A stretch of 64,000 nt of DNA from an uncultured archaeon (GCA_963782915.1 CAWALK010000001.1:160001-224000), one strand, 5' to 3'. Shown: positions 9,683 through 20,329, numbered from the stretch's first letter. Notes: generated by a model from the letters alone, not told the origin. A program made the numbers and translations.

Positions 9683-9810
9683 AGTCGATAGAATTGGTTT
9701 GTTGCTTGTTTTTCTATAGTTGTTCTTGCCGAAAACCGCCTATACACAACAACCAACAGGCTTGTGAAGAACGTGGCGTTTTGCGTTTGGTTTGGGTTGC
9801 TGGCTGGTTG
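9683..9810. repeat. Dispersed repeat B, copy 1 (~130 bp)
   Basis: Shares AAAACCGCCTATACACAACAAC and flanking blocks with 26482-26620. Confidence 0.8.
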
Positions 9811-9930
9811 TGCAAACAGCCACAAGCTCTGCCACCAGAAATTTTGATCGAATAGTTATTTTCAGCAGATTAGTCGCATTTTGGGTATGTTTAAAAATTG
9901 CTCTTAGCTTTTTATTTAGGTTGATTTTTA

Positions 9931-10602
9931 ATGGAAAAAATGAAGCGGGCTGTAAAGATCACCGCAGTTTTCCTTGCCATAATGCTTGTTGTGCTAATTT
10001 TCGTAGTTCTCCTATTTGTAAATCCACCGCCCAAAACGCTCTACCCAGGGGAAGTTCGCAATTACCAAGGAGGTAACCTTTCCTCTATCGCTGATGTCCA
10101 AGAAAACGCCATCAAAGGCACCCAGTACCTAAACAACTCTAACTATCGCCTGCAAATAACGGGGCTCGTAAACAAAACCGTAGAGTATACTTATGATGAA
10201 ATTGTGAATGGCTTCCAGAAATACCAAAAAGTCGTAACCCTCTATTGCGTTGAGGGCTGGAGCGCAAAAATCCTCTGGGAAGGCTTCCTCGTAACTGATT
10301 TAATCAAAGAAGCGGGGGTAAACTCCAGCGCTGTTGGCGTGATTTTTTATGCATCTGATGGCTACTCAACCGCGTTGCCCCTTAGTTACATCTCAAACAG
10401 TAGCATTATAATCGCTTACAAAATGAATGGGTTAGTCATGCCAGTTGACCGGGGTTACCCCTTCGAGTTAGTGGCAGAGAGCCAATACGGCTACAAATGG
10501 ATCAAGTGGATAACAAAAATCGAGTTAACCGACAACCCCAACTATCTGGGTTACTGGGAAAGCCGAGGTTTACCCAACAATGCAACCCTTCGAAATCCAT
10601 AA
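9931..10602 (+). CDS. Molybdopterin-dependent oxidoreductase (sulfite oxidase/YuiH-like), membrane-anchored
   Basis: TLYCVEGWS, WEG, DGYST.LP, RGYP, YGYKWIKWI, GYWE.RG. Confidence 0.9.
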   Translation: MEKMKRAVKITAVFLAIMLVVLIFVVLLFVNPPPKTLYPGEVRNYQGGNLSSIADVQENAIKGTQYLNNSNYRLQITGLVNKTVEYTYDEIVNGFQKYQKVVTLYCVEGWSAKILWEGFLVTDLIKEAGVNSSAVGVIFYASDGYSTALPLSYISNSSIIIAYKMNGLVMPVDRGYPFELVAESQYGYKWIKWITKIELTDNPNYLGYWESRGLPNNATLRNP

Positions 10603-10609
10603 GCTGCCT

Positions 10610-10994
10610 TTATTGTGTTGGGATTGTTTGCCAAAGCCCCAGAACGTTGCCTTCAGAATCTTTGAAGTACGCGGTTATTCCCATGTTTGGGACTTCCATT
10701 TTCCCCTGCACTATTTTGCCGCCTAAACTTTCAATCTTCTTCAAAGCTTCATCAATGTCTTCTACACTAATCGTTAATACGGGGCATTTAATTTCTTCAC
10801 TGCGTTGCATCATGCCGCCGTTTATGGCGCCGTGTTCTTTGGGCATGCCATCTTCGTCAAGCTCAACAGTGCTCAACAGAGTATATTCAAGCTGTGGGAC
10901 AGGGGTAATGATCCAGCCGAATCCTTGTTGATAAAATTTTTGGGCTCTCTTGTAGATTGTCTACTGGTATTTCGAAATGAATTACTTTATCCAA
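10610..10994 (-). CDS. VOC/glyoxalase family protein (frameshift near 10950)
   Basis: MDKVIHFEIPVDNL / RAQKFY..FGW...GAINGG...AYFKDSEGNVLGLWQ. Confidence 0.85.
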
Positions 10995-11070
10995 AAAAGC
11001 ATCTCCTAAGATGCTCAAGTAGGCTTGTGGTATAAACGATTGTGACTGTAGACAGTTAGTAACAGGTGCC

Positions 11071-11481
11071 TTAGCCTAAGAATTTCTTTCTGACATGGGG
11101 TTGAAGCAAGTAAACGATGACGATTATGCTGTAGGCTATTTCGGTGGCTGCTGGGAACTTTGGTATTCCTGGAACGCTTGGCAAATCCAGAACCGTTAAG
11201 GAATCGGCAGCAATAACAAATATGGAAACCAAGATTGTGCCTATCCACCCCGCTTTTTTGCCCCGCCAAATGAAGATGGCAAAGACTAGCGTTAACGCAC
11301 CGAACGCTATAGTGTAGAAGTCATAGGCTGCGGTGGCTGGAAGGGCAGAAAAGTTTTCGAACACCAAAAGCAACAAACCAGAAAAGAGGTGGATGGCGCC
11401 GATGAGTACCTGTAAACCAGTTAGGATGGCGATGCCTAAACTTCTGCCCCCAAAAGTTGGAAGTTTAGGTTTATTACTCAA
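11071..11481 (-). CDS. Hypothetical membrane protein (4 TM)
   Basis: Hydrophobic segments; YLLQPHVRKKF C-terminus; overlaps the corA stop by 4 nt. Confidence 0.7.
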   Translation of the reverse strand: MSNKPKLPTFGGRSLGIAILTGLQVLIGAIHLFSGLLLLVFENFSALPATAAYDFYTIAFGALTLVFAIFIWRGKKAGWIGTILVSIFVIAADSLTVLDLPSVPGIPKFPAATEIAYSIIVIVYLLQPHVRKKFLG

Positions 11482-12446
11482 GCATTTTGCCTCAGGGCAG
11501 TTTTAGTGTTGAGCCATTTCTTGCGCCATAACCAAACAAACGGCAGAATAATCGAAGCCGCAAGTGCAGCAGCGACTACATAGATGTTGGTGCCGCCGAA
11601 TTGGGAAATGCCAAAGAAGGTTGCGATGGTGTTGGGGAAAGAAGTGACTGTGGTTACGATGGTTAGGTAGAATATGACGATGGTTAAGCTGTTGATTGAG
11701 AAATTGATTTTATTCGATGTTGCAGATAAGTGCACGTTTATGGCGTCTGAGAGAATTTCGCGGTAAGTATCTACGATATCTATTTGGCGTGTTAAATCTT
11801 CATGGGTTGTGTCGAATAACGCGCGGGCTTTTGCTGCCATGCAATTGTCTTCGCATTTGTGCAGGTTAAAAACTATGCCGCGCTCATACCATAGGAACTT
11901 GTTAAAGCTAATCATGTTTGATTTTAAGGTAAAGATTTTCCTTAGCGTCTCAGGGCTGCTTTTTTCAACCACTTCCTCTTCAATTTCAGAGGTGAGGTCC
12001 TCAAGTTTTTCTAAGTGAACATAGTGGCTAGCTATTATTTCATCGATAATATAGTAGGTTACTTGTGAGGGTGGATCAATCTTGGTTTTGCTCATTCGTT
12101 CCTTAGCGATATTGATTATGTGCTGGACTTCTTTTGGGGCTACTGTTACTAAGAAGTCTTTTGAGAACGCCATGACTACGGGGAACGCTTTTTTGGTCGA
12201 AATTACATCCTGCATTATAACGAAATAGATTATTCCGAAGCCCATTTCTAAGCGTAAATCAACGATGTTTTCGCGGGGTAAACGCAGAAAGCTAATTGGT
12301 AACTGTGTGGCGTTTGAGACGGCTTGTAATTCGTCTTCTGTTGGGTCAACGAGTTCCAGCCAAACATTTTGCAGGGGCCATGTTTGTAGCTCTTGGGGCT
12401 GGATGAAGTTTTCGCTGTTGTTGCCCAATTGGACGAGTCGAATCAT
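11478..12446 (-). CDS. CorA-family divalent cation transporter
   Basis: WLELVDPT, soluble N-domain, two C-terminal TMs; the GMN motif reads GIS. Confidence 0.85.
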   Translation of the reverse strand: MIRLVQLGNNSENFIQPQELQTWPLQNVWLELVDPTEDELQAVSNATQLPISFLRLPRENIVDLRLEMGFGIIYFVIMQDVISTKKAFPVVMAFSKDFLVTVAPKEVQHIINIAKERMSKTKIDPPSQVTYYIIDEIIASHYVHLEKLEDLTSEIEEEVVEKSSPETLRKIFTLKSNMISFNKFLWYERGIVFNLHKCEDNCMAAKARALFDTTHEDLTRQIDIVDTYREILSDAINVHLSATSNKINFSINSLTIVIFYLTIVTTVTSFPNTIATFFGISQFGGTNIYVVAAALAASIILPFVWLWRKKWLNTKTALRQNA

Positions 12447-12533
12447 GAGTATTCAAGGATTTGGCTGCACCATATTAGAGTTGCGGATTATACGCTTGGT
12501 TAACCTATAAATAGGCTAACTTGCCTTGAAATA

Positions 12534-12746
12534 TTGAAGAGAGGAACTTTTTTGGATTACAAATCAATAACCGTAGCATCTTGCTGGTTAGCAGTCGCAG
12601 TTATCTCCGCTGTTTACATGATAGTATTTGGCAGCCAAATCGGCGACGTACTCTTTGGAGTGTTTTTGCCCGTTGGATTGCTCGTTTTTATTGCCGTCGC
12701 AGTCACGGTTTATGTAACCTCCAAACCGAATCAAACACAAACCTAA
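12534..12746 (+). CDS. Small 2-TM hypothetical protein
   Basis: Two hydrophobic helices; fills the gap before the Fpg-like gene. Confidence 0.6.
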   Translation: MKRGTFLDYKSITVASCWLAVAVISAVYMIVFGSQIGDVLFGVFLPVGLLVFIAVAVTVYVTSKPNQTQT

Positions 12747-12771
12747 GATACACCCTAAACGCATCTGCATA

Positions 12772-13622
12772 ATGGTGTTTGATTTGAGTGTTGAGTTGCC
12801 CGAAGCATACATACTCTCAAAACAGATGAATACAGAACTCGCTGGAAAACAGGTTGCTACATGTAACCTTCAGAACCTCGGCAACTACCAAAAGTTAGGC
12901 TTCATCAACATGTACCTCAGTGACTTTGAAAGATTATGCAAGCACATCATTGAAGCTGTGGTTTCCCGAGGCAACACCATACGCATCAAACTTGACGGCG
13001 AAGTGAATCTGTTGCTTGCGCCTGAATACGGCGGAGTAATCCGTTACCACCCCCAAGGCAGCGCTGTATCCCCAAAGTATCACCTAAAACTTGGTTTCAC
13101 CGATGAATCCGCCTTGACCGTTACATTGACGGGTATGGGGATTATACAGGCATTAACAGATGAAGAACTACCGCACAGCTATATATACCGCCGAGACTTC
13201 TCCGCAACCGCTTCTCCAGTTGAGGAGGTTTCACTTTTGAGCGGTTCTCAAAGGAAATCGCTGGCAGAAACGTCAACCTGAAAACCGTTCTGGTTGGCAA
13301 AGACGCCGTTGTAGTGGGGCTTGGCAACGCTGCTTTCCAAGACATAATCTACAGAGCGCACCTGCATCCCAAACGCAAAGCCTCAGAGTTGAACGCCGCT
13401 GAGCAGCAGGCACTCTTTGAAGCCATACAATACATTGTTAAGCAAAGAATTAATTCTGGGGGCAAGAACCAGTTTGTCGACTTATACGGCAAACAGGGCA
13501 GCTACACTCCAGCTATGGGGCCGAACATGAAGGGCCAAATCTGCACCACATGCGGCTCAGAAGTGGCGAAACTAAGTTTTGGCGGCGGACAAATCTACCT
13601 ATGCCCCGAATGCCAGAAGTAA
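12772..13622 (+). CDS. Fpg/Nei-family DNA glycosylase (frameshift near 13230)
   Basis: ELPEA N-terminus, GLGN...DI...A.LHP (H2TH), C-terminal CTTCG...CPECQ zinc finger. Confidence 0.85.
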
Positions 13623-13703
13623 CCTTTTCCCAAGAGCTATCTGGTAAGTGATTGTACCTCAAGCCCTTTATCTATAGCAGACGTCAGGACTTGCGGGATA
13701 TGG

Positions 13704-15203
13704 ATGAAGAAAAGTAACCTTTACGCTTTGGCAGCGATTCTAATCGTTTTTGTTGCGGTTTCAGCTTTTGCTGCCATAGTAGGCTATGGTTTGTCGTCTC
13801 GTTCGGATGGTGTTGCCGCTAAGAAACCCTTCTACCTTGGAGTCACTTACTGTGGAGAATCCGTTGACGGCGCATGTCAATTAATCGATAGAGTAAAAAT
13901 TTATACTAATCTGTTTTTGGTACAGTCAAACTATTTACAATCAAACCTCGATGAATTAGAGACAATTTGCGATTATGCAGTTAACTCGGGGTTAGATATC
14001 ATCGTCTACTCTAGTTCTTATCAAATTCAAAAAGCAAATCTTTCGGTCTTGCTTACGGACTTGCAGTCGCGTTGGGGCAGCCACTTCTTAGGAGTGTATT
14101 ACAATGACGAACCAGGCGGTAAAATGCTTGAGGCGCAAGTAGAAATGGGTAATATTACTAAGTATGAAGGTGGCGGAGTAAAAAGAATTGACTCAAATAC
14201 CGATACTTATGGATCAGAAACCAGTTTTAGCAAGTCAGGAACTATAACCGTTAGCACTTATAATCGCTTGCAAACAGAAACAAATTATACGGATAACTCT
14301 ACAACTACTATCTATTTTATCAACGGAACAATCGCATATCAAACAAACAACTCAACTTACATTTATACCGAAAATGGAACGGAAACCAGTTTCCAAATGA
14401 ATTCGCTAATATTTCAGCAGGATGGAACCGTACAAGACAAAAACGGCCAAGCCGTAACCGACCAAGGAAACATCACTAGGTTCGCACCCTACCAGCAACT
14501 CTGGGATTCCCGACCCCTACAAACCTATGACGACGCTGCAGTAGCATATGTCAATAATCTACAGGACACCGTTAGTTGGGTACATAACCAATCCTCTGTT
14601 ATGGTTTTCACTTCTGACTATGGCCTCTACTGGTTTGACTATAAGGGCGGCTACGATACAGTGTTCGCAGAGTTAGGCCCAACAGGCAACCCCGAACAGG
14701 AAATAGCGATAGTCCGCGGAGCAGCAAATATGCAAAACAAGACCTGGGGTACGATGCTAACTTGGCCAAACAGCACAACCCCATCGCTCCTTAGCGGCGA
14801 CGAAATGTACGAGAACCTTAAACTTAGTTATGAAAGCGGCGCGGACTATGCGGTAGTATTCAATTATGCACCCAACAGCAACGGCACAGGACTCTTGCAA
14901 GATGAACATTACACGGCTATCGAGCGGTTCTGGACTGAAGTAGTTAAAAACCCCACCACAACCAACAACATAACAATACAAGATGCGCTGGTTCTCCCCA
15001 CCAATTACGGTTGGGGCATGCGACACATAAACGATACCATATGGGGCATATGGCAACCTGACAACAATTCATCTCAGATCTGGAGCGCCATTCAAAATAC
15101 CTTAGAAAGTAAAGCGGGCAAACTTGACATAGTTTACGACGATCCATTGTACCTCGTAGAAGGCAAGTACCCACATATTCATTACTGGAATATCACTGGA
15201 TAG
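13704..15203 (+). CDS. Secreted hypothetical protein, possibly glycoside-hydrolase-like TIM barrel
   Basis: Signal anchor, GVYYNDEPGG, TSDYGLYWFDY.GGYD.VFAE, YGWGMR motifs. Confidence 0.7.
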   Translation: MKKSNLYALAAILIVFVAVSAFAAIVGYGLSSRSDGVAAKKPFYLGVTYCGESVDGACQLIDRVKIYTNLFLVQSNYLQSNLDELETICDYAVNSGLDIIVYSSSYQIQKANLSVLLTDLQSRWGSHFLGVYYNDEPGGKMLEAQVEMGNITKYEGGGVKRIDSNTDTYGSETSFSKSGTITVSTYNRLQTETNYTDNSTTTIYFINGTIAYQTNNSTYIYTENGTETSFQMNSLIFQQDGTVQDKNGQAVTDQGNITRFAPYQQLWDSRPLQTYDDAAVAYVNNLQDTVSWVHNQSSVMVFTSDYGLYWFDYKGGYDTVFAELGPTGNPEQEIAIVRGAANMQNKTWGTMLTWPNSTTPSLLSGDEMYENLKLSYESGADYAVVFNYAPNSNGTGLLQDEHYTAIERFWTEVVKNPTTTNNITIQDALVLPTNYGWGMRHINDTIWGIWQPDNNSSQIWSAIQNTLESKAGKLDIVYDDPLYLVEGKYPHIHYWNITG

Positions 15204-15283
15204 CGAGATTTGAAACATTAAGTTTTAAAAGGAAGACCCGTAAACTATTCAGTCAGGTTCAATTAACCCCGTGTTGTGGTCGA

Positions 15284-15718
15284 ATGGGAATAAAACTATC
15301 AAAATCCGATAAAGCATTCATATCCGAATTACCAGTTGGCAGATTAGCAACAGCAACCGAAGACTGCGAACCAGTCGTACGGCCTGTTTGGCCAGTCTTC
15401 GACGGTGTATACTTCTACATTGCATCCGACCCAGACACCCCCAAACTGGAACACATCGAAGCAAACCCGCAGGTTTCACTGGTTATCGATGACTATGACA
15501 GAGCCAACTGGTCCAACATTAAAGGCATCCGCGTCCAAGGCGAAGCAGAACTCATGTGGAACGGCGAAGAATACCGCTATGCCCATGAACTCCTCAAAGA
15601 AAAGTTCCCCGAATACCAAACTGAGGACGGCGGCTGGAAAGAAGGCGACCTTCCAATAATCAAGGTTACCCCCACAAGCTTCTACAAATGGTCTTCCGGT
15701 AGCAACTGGAAAAAATAA
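15284..15718 (+). CDS. Pyridoxamine 5'-phosphate oxidase (PPOX/FMN- or F420-binding) family protein
   Basis: GRLATA...P.V.PVW...K...I.ANPQVSLVIDDY. Confidence 0.85.
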   Translation: MGIKLSKSDKAFISELPVGRLATATEDCEPVVRPVWPVFDGVYFYIASDPDTPKLEHIEANPQVSLVIDDYDRANWSNIKGIRVQGEAELMWNGEEYRYAHELLKEKFPEYQTEDGGWKEGDLPIIKVTPTSFYKWSSGSNWKK

Positions 15719-16084
15719 ATCCAAAGAAGCATGTTTGGACCCTAATGGATGCTCATTGCAGCATCTATTGAGGGGTGGTGCCCTTGGCGTTTTTAAGCCA
15801 AACCAAACCATTTTTTTGCCTTTAAAACTTGGAGATATAGTTTATCTTATATGTACTTTCTATCCGAATAGAGTATGGGTTGAGTATTTTGACTGCTGAT
15901 GCAACCAGAGTAAAGAAGCCTAAACTGCCAAAGAAGCGTTTACTGAAAAAAGTTCAGCAAAAATAAACCCTCTTTGAGCACCCGTGATTACACGCTAACT
16001 AATCTATAGCAAACCTGCTGAGCGCTTAAATAGAAGATAAAACAAAAAAAGAAAATTAAAATTTTGGGAAAACAAAAAACAAGA

Positions 16085-16606
16085 TTACTGTGGCTTCGAC
16101 GAAGCCAGATACTTGAGGTGGAACGGTTTGATGACTATTCCGCCTTTAAGGTCAGCATTGAAGGTTTGGCTTTCAACAACCCAGTCAGATAGCTCTGAAT
16201 CGTGTGCTCTGATAAAGTCTGCAAAGCTTGTAAAGTTCTCGTGCAGTGAAATGCAAACTGCATCCCAACCCATACCTCTGCCGTCCATGACGAGGATAAC
16301 GTTGGTTTGCTTCATGTACCATTCTTTCATCTTCTGTAATGCCTGAGTCTTCTCGTCGCCTGTTTCACACTTTAGTTTACTTTTAACAAAGGTTATGGCT
16401 GCAATCTCAAACCCGATTTGGCCGAATTTGGGAATAACAGTGTATCCTTCGATAAAGTTTTCTTCAAGCATGGCACGTCTTCGAGTTACGGTAGGCTGAG
16501 AGACACCTAAGGCTTTGGCTAGTTGTCGATCGCTTCTGTGAGAGTCCTTCATGAGCTCGAACAGAATCTTGTAGTCAATTGGTTTTAGCTCTTTCATAGC
16601 ATTCAA
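16085..16606 (-). CDS. Lrp/AsnC-family transcriptional regulator
   Basis: DYKILFEL.KDSHRSDRQLAK.LGVSQPTVTRR HTH. Confidence 0.9.
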   Translation of the reverse strand: MNAMKELKPIDYKILFELMKDSHRSDRQLAKALGVSQPTVTRRRAMLEENFIEGYTVIPKFGQIGFEIAAITFVKSKLKCETGDEKTQALQKMKEWYMKQTNVILVMDGRGMGWDAVCISLHENFTSFADFIRAHDSELSDWVVESQTFNADLKGGIVIKPFHLKYLASSKPQ

Positions 16607-16775
16607 CTCATGAATATTTTTTTATTCAATAGCATTTTTTGCCATACTATATAAACTTACATGTTTAATAATCAAAATTTCCACCCTATTATATCGGGTA
16701 GAAGTAACAGATACTCTTAAGTTAAAAAAAACCTTTAAGGATTGCGGAGGGCAAAAAATAACGACTATTCAAATT

Positions 16776-18120
16776 TTGAATAATATTGAATCAGAAATCA
16801 CTACTTTCCTTTCAAATCTAATTCGGATTAACACCACTAATCCACCTGGAAATGAAACCGATGCAGCAAGCTTCATAGCGCAGTATCTAGCCAGAGACGG
16901 CTTCACATGTGAGGTCTTGGAGTCCGCACCGGGCAGAGGCAGCGTTATAACACGGCTAAAGGGTTCAGGAGAAAAACCAAACCTGCTCTTGCTCTCCCAC
17001 TTAGACGTTGTTGCTGCAAATCCGGCGGAGTGGTCAGTTGACCCATTTGCGGGCACAGTTAAAGACGGCTACGTCTACGGACGAGGCGCATACGACATGA
17101 AAGGTATGCTCGCCGTAGAATTATTCACCCTAAAACTCCTGAAACAAAACAACATCCCCCTAAAAGGCGACATAGTCTTGGCTGCAACCGCTGATGAAGA
17201 GAAAGGTGGCGAAGAAGGCGCAGGATACATACTGCGAAAGCACAAAGACAAAGTTTGGTGCCCATATGTACTAAACGAAGGCGGCGGATTAGCCATTCCA
17301 CAAAAAAACGGCAACGTTTACCCAGTGCAAACCGCAGAAAAAGGTATCCTCTGGTTCAAAATAAAAGCCAAAGGCACCCCTGGACACGGCTCAACACCGA
17401 ACACCGCTGACAACGCAATTCTGCGAATAAACAAAGTCATAGCCAAACTTGACAGTTATAAACCAGCAACGGTGTATGTGCCGACCCTAAAGGAATTCTT
17501 ATCAGAAATCGCCAGAATAAACCCAGACCTCAAAGCAGACTTCACAAACTTGCTGAACAACTCCAAATAAAGCGAACGAAATACTCGACGAATTAGCAAA
17601 GAAAGACAAAGCCCTCGCAGAAGAAATCAGACCCAGAACAAAAACCACCATAACACCAACCATTATCCGCGGCGGAATCAAAGAAAACATAATACCCTCC
17701 GAATGCGAAGCAACCTTCGATTGCCGAGTACTGCCCGGCCAAAGCGTAAACGACACACTTGAAACCATCAAAGGTTTGCTTAAAGATGTGGGCTATGACA
17801 AGTTAAGCTTCGAAATAATACAGATACACGACGGCAACGAATCCACAACCAAAACACCCCTCTACAGTGCCATCACGGACGTTCTACGCGAAGTAGAGCC
17901 TAACTGCGGCGTAACTCCAGCGATGACAACAGGCGGCACCGATTCACGCTTCTTCAGAGAAACAGGCAGCATATGCTACGGTTTCCACCCAATGCGCCCA
18001 GATGAACCCAACGATTTACTGGAAAAACGCATGCACGGCATCGATGAACGCATAACAATCGAGAATCTCGTTTGGGGCACAAGCGTCTTCTATGAAGCCG
18101 TTAAAAGATTCATGACTTAG
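16776..18120 (+). CDS. M20/M25/M40 family metallopeptidase (frameshift near 17563)
   Basis: SHLDVV, GRGAYDMK, DEEKGG, NEGG, GHGS; second frame continues GGIKENIIP...GGTDSR...HGIDERI. Confidence 0.9.
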
Positions 18121-18219
18121 AACCAAAGCTTTGTCCAGCTTTGGACCATTCATTTTTTATTATCAACCATACATCTCTATTACTCTATCAGGCAAACGCC
18201 TGCTGGAGCGATACATAGA

Positions 18220-18762
18220 ATGTTTAGCGGAACCGCATTAGTAGGCAAAGAAGCACCCAACCTAAACCCATCCAAAACAGTCGGTTTAATCTCCGATACG
18301 CATGTCCCCAAAAGAGCCCATTGTCTACCACACAGAGTGCTAGAAATTTTCCAAAACGTAGATTACATCATCCATGCAGGCGACTTAGTGGAGTTGGCAG
18401 TTGTTGACGAACTAGAAACGATCGCTCCAGTACTGGCAGTGCACGGCAACATGGATGGCATGGATATCGTAGGAGCGCTTCCAAGGCTAAACTCCTTGAA
18501 GGTGTTTGATTGGAAAATCGGTGTCATGCATGACCCAGACATCAATTTTGGCTTCAACAAGATGCGTGAACTTGTTAAGGAACAGGGATTCAACGTCTTC
18601 GTTTATGGCCATACGCATGTAGCGAACATTAAGTGGGAAGGTAAAACCCTCTACATCAACCCTGGCAGCGCCACTGTACCCTCTTCACCCCTGAGCAAGC
18701 CATCTGTGGGTATGCTTAAAATCACAAAAGAAACTATTGTACCGGAAATAATTGATTTCTAA
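18220..18762 (+). CDS. Metallophosphoesterase (YfcE/MJ0936 family)
   Basis: SDTH, HAGD, GNMD, GHTH, NPGS. Confidence 0.92.
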   Translation: MFSGTALVGKEAPNLNPSKTVGLISDTHVPKRAHCLPHRVLEIFQNVDYIIHAGDLVELAVVDELETIAPVLAVHGNMDGMDIVGALPRLNSLKVFDWKIGVMHDPDINFGFNKMRELVKEQGFNVFVYGHTHVANIKWEGKTLYINPGSATVPSSPLSKPSVGMLKITKETIVPEIIDF

Positions 18763-19209
18763 CTAAAGCAGCGCTGGTCCATAGAAGATTGCGAAGAGAA
18801 CGATTCCTAAGATCAAAGAGAAAACCCAAATGCCAAGTGTAGGCAGCATCCAATTTTTTCGGCCAATGCAGCCTGCAAAGTTTTTTCTAAACCGCCAAAG
18901 CCCAGCAAGCAGGGCTGCTAACGCCACCGCTATGCTTCCAGTGATTGCATGGATTAAAATTACCGCTGAAAGCAAAGTGAATGGCGCGAGAATATTTGGA
19001 AGCAGTGCAATAACCAAGGATGGAACCATAATAGCGAAGATTAACGCGAAATGCAGTATTGTTGCTACAACCATGACGATGCCGTGTCGCATGAATTTTA
19101 GTTTACTTTTTAAATAATAACCGTAAAAAAGCAGAACCAGCACTGCCAGCTGCACTATTAAACTTGTCAGGCCTATAAGCGTAAAAAAATCCAAAGATGC
19201 CATAATCAA
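18763..19209 (-). CDS. DUF420-like 4-TM membrane protein
   Basis: Four TMs with His residues (HGIVM, LH, IHAITG). Confidence 0.65.
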   Translation of the reverse strand: MIMASLDFFTLIGLTSLIVQLAVLVLLFYGYYLKSKLKFMRHGIVMVVATILHFALIFAIMVPSLVIALLPNILAPFTLLSAVILIHAITGSIAVALAALLAGLWRFRKNFAGCIGRKNWMLPTLGIWVFSLILGIVLFAIFYGPALL

Positions 19210-19329
19210 ACAAGTGAAAGTTTACCATTTTAAGCTTTACTTTCACTCACCCCTCCCCTCCGTCTCGGAGTCGCTTCTGCATGCCGCTTAAAAGCAAAAA
19301 ACGCTACACCGCTACTTTGATGATCAAAC

Positions 19330-19467
19330 ATGGAACATTGTAAGAACCCATGGAAAGATGCCTGCGCTAGTGAGGACATCAAACTCTATATCCAAATAAA
19401 AGGTGAAAACTTGCCCATTTGCCAGCAGTGCTGGAGCAAAATCGCTGATCAAGAGGCGGAATGGTGA
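19330..19467 (+). CDS. Small zinc-finger-like protein (45 aa, not in ORF track)
   Basis: MEHCKNPWKDAC...LPICQQCWSKIADQEAEW*; stop lies 1 nt before the next ATG. Confidence 0.7.
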   Translation: MEHCKNPWKDACASEDIKLYIQIKGENLPICQQCWSKIADQEAEW

Positions 19468-19468
19468 A

Positions 19469-19690
19469 ATGGAGAGCTTCAGCGCCAACAGCGCAAAATC
19501 CTACATCGGAAGAAACGTCAACCTTCACCTAAAAGACGGTGCAGTAATAGTAAACGTGCAACTGACAAAACTACGCAAATGTGCCGGAAAAAACAACAAC
19601 CAAATCGAGTACAGCCTAGGACGCAGAGCCACCCGCATACCGCTTAGAAGCATCGCATACGCTGAAATGTTAAACGCCAATATCCTGTAA
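19469..19690 (+). CDS. Small Sm/SH3-like hypothetical protein
   Basis: YIGRNVNLHLKDGAVIVNV...RIPLRSI beta pattern. Confidence 0.6.
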   Translation: MESFSANSAKSYIGRNVNLHLKDGAVIVNVQLTKLRKCAGKNNNQIEYSLGRRATRIPLRSIAYAEMLNANIL

Positions 19691-19754
19691 AAATCCAGTT
19701 TAATAATAAAAGACCGAGTAAATGCAGAAATAGAGCCAATATAATTCTCCGTTT

Positions 19755-20150
19755 ATGGATTGCTCAAACTGTGGCGTATGCTGTACCGAAACAGAGATGC
19801 TGCTCTCAAAAAAAGACATCAAACGCTTAGAAGATAGAGGGTATAGCCAAAACCAGTTTGTACGCTATGATACACATGGATATGCCACGCTTAAGAATCG
19901 TGAGGGTTACTGCGTGTTCTATGACCTTACCAAGCGCCAATGCAGCGAATATGAAAATCGGCCGTCGGGTTGCAGAGTTTACCCCGTTATCGTTGATGAA
20001 GAGAAAGGGATCGTTTTAGATACTATCTGCGAGTCAAGAAATACCATTACTGAGCAGGAAAAACATCTTAAGGGCAAACGTGTAGTGCATCTTTTAGAAG
20101 TGATTGATGCTGAGGCGCTTGCGCGTCGCTCTGGAAAGTTGAAGGGTTAG
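19755..20150 (+). CDS. YkgJ-family cysteine cluster protein
   Basis: CSNCGVCC, CVFYD....CSEYENRP.GCRVYP. Confidence 0.9.
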   Translation: MDCSNCGVCCTETEMLLSKKDIKRLEDRGYSQNQFVRYDTHGYATLKNREGYCVFYDLTKRQCSEYENRPSGCRVYPVIVDEEKGIVLDTICESRNTITEQEKHLKGKRVVHLLEVIDAEALARRSGKLKG

Positions 20151-20327
20151 TTTTAGGTTATTTTTTGGTTGTTTTGCTTGTTTGCATTGGCAGCAAATAA
20201 CTTTGTCCCTGTTTGCTTCGGCTTCTTGCTTGGGGATTAGGCTTGTTTGAATTAGTTTGCCGCAGCTGTCACAGATAACTTGGACTTCGGCTACGCGGCT
20301 GTTGCTCTGGATTATCCTAACAGGCAA
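20094..20327 (-). CDS. Small zinc-finger hypothetical protein
   Basis: CDSC...CCQC; starts 2 nt after the upstream small gene. Confidence 0.55.
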   Translation of the reverse strand: MPVRIIQSNSRVAEVQVICDSCGKLIQTSLIPKQEAEANRDKVICCQCKQAKQPKNNLKLTLQLSRATRKRLSINHF

Positions 20328-20329
20328 AG

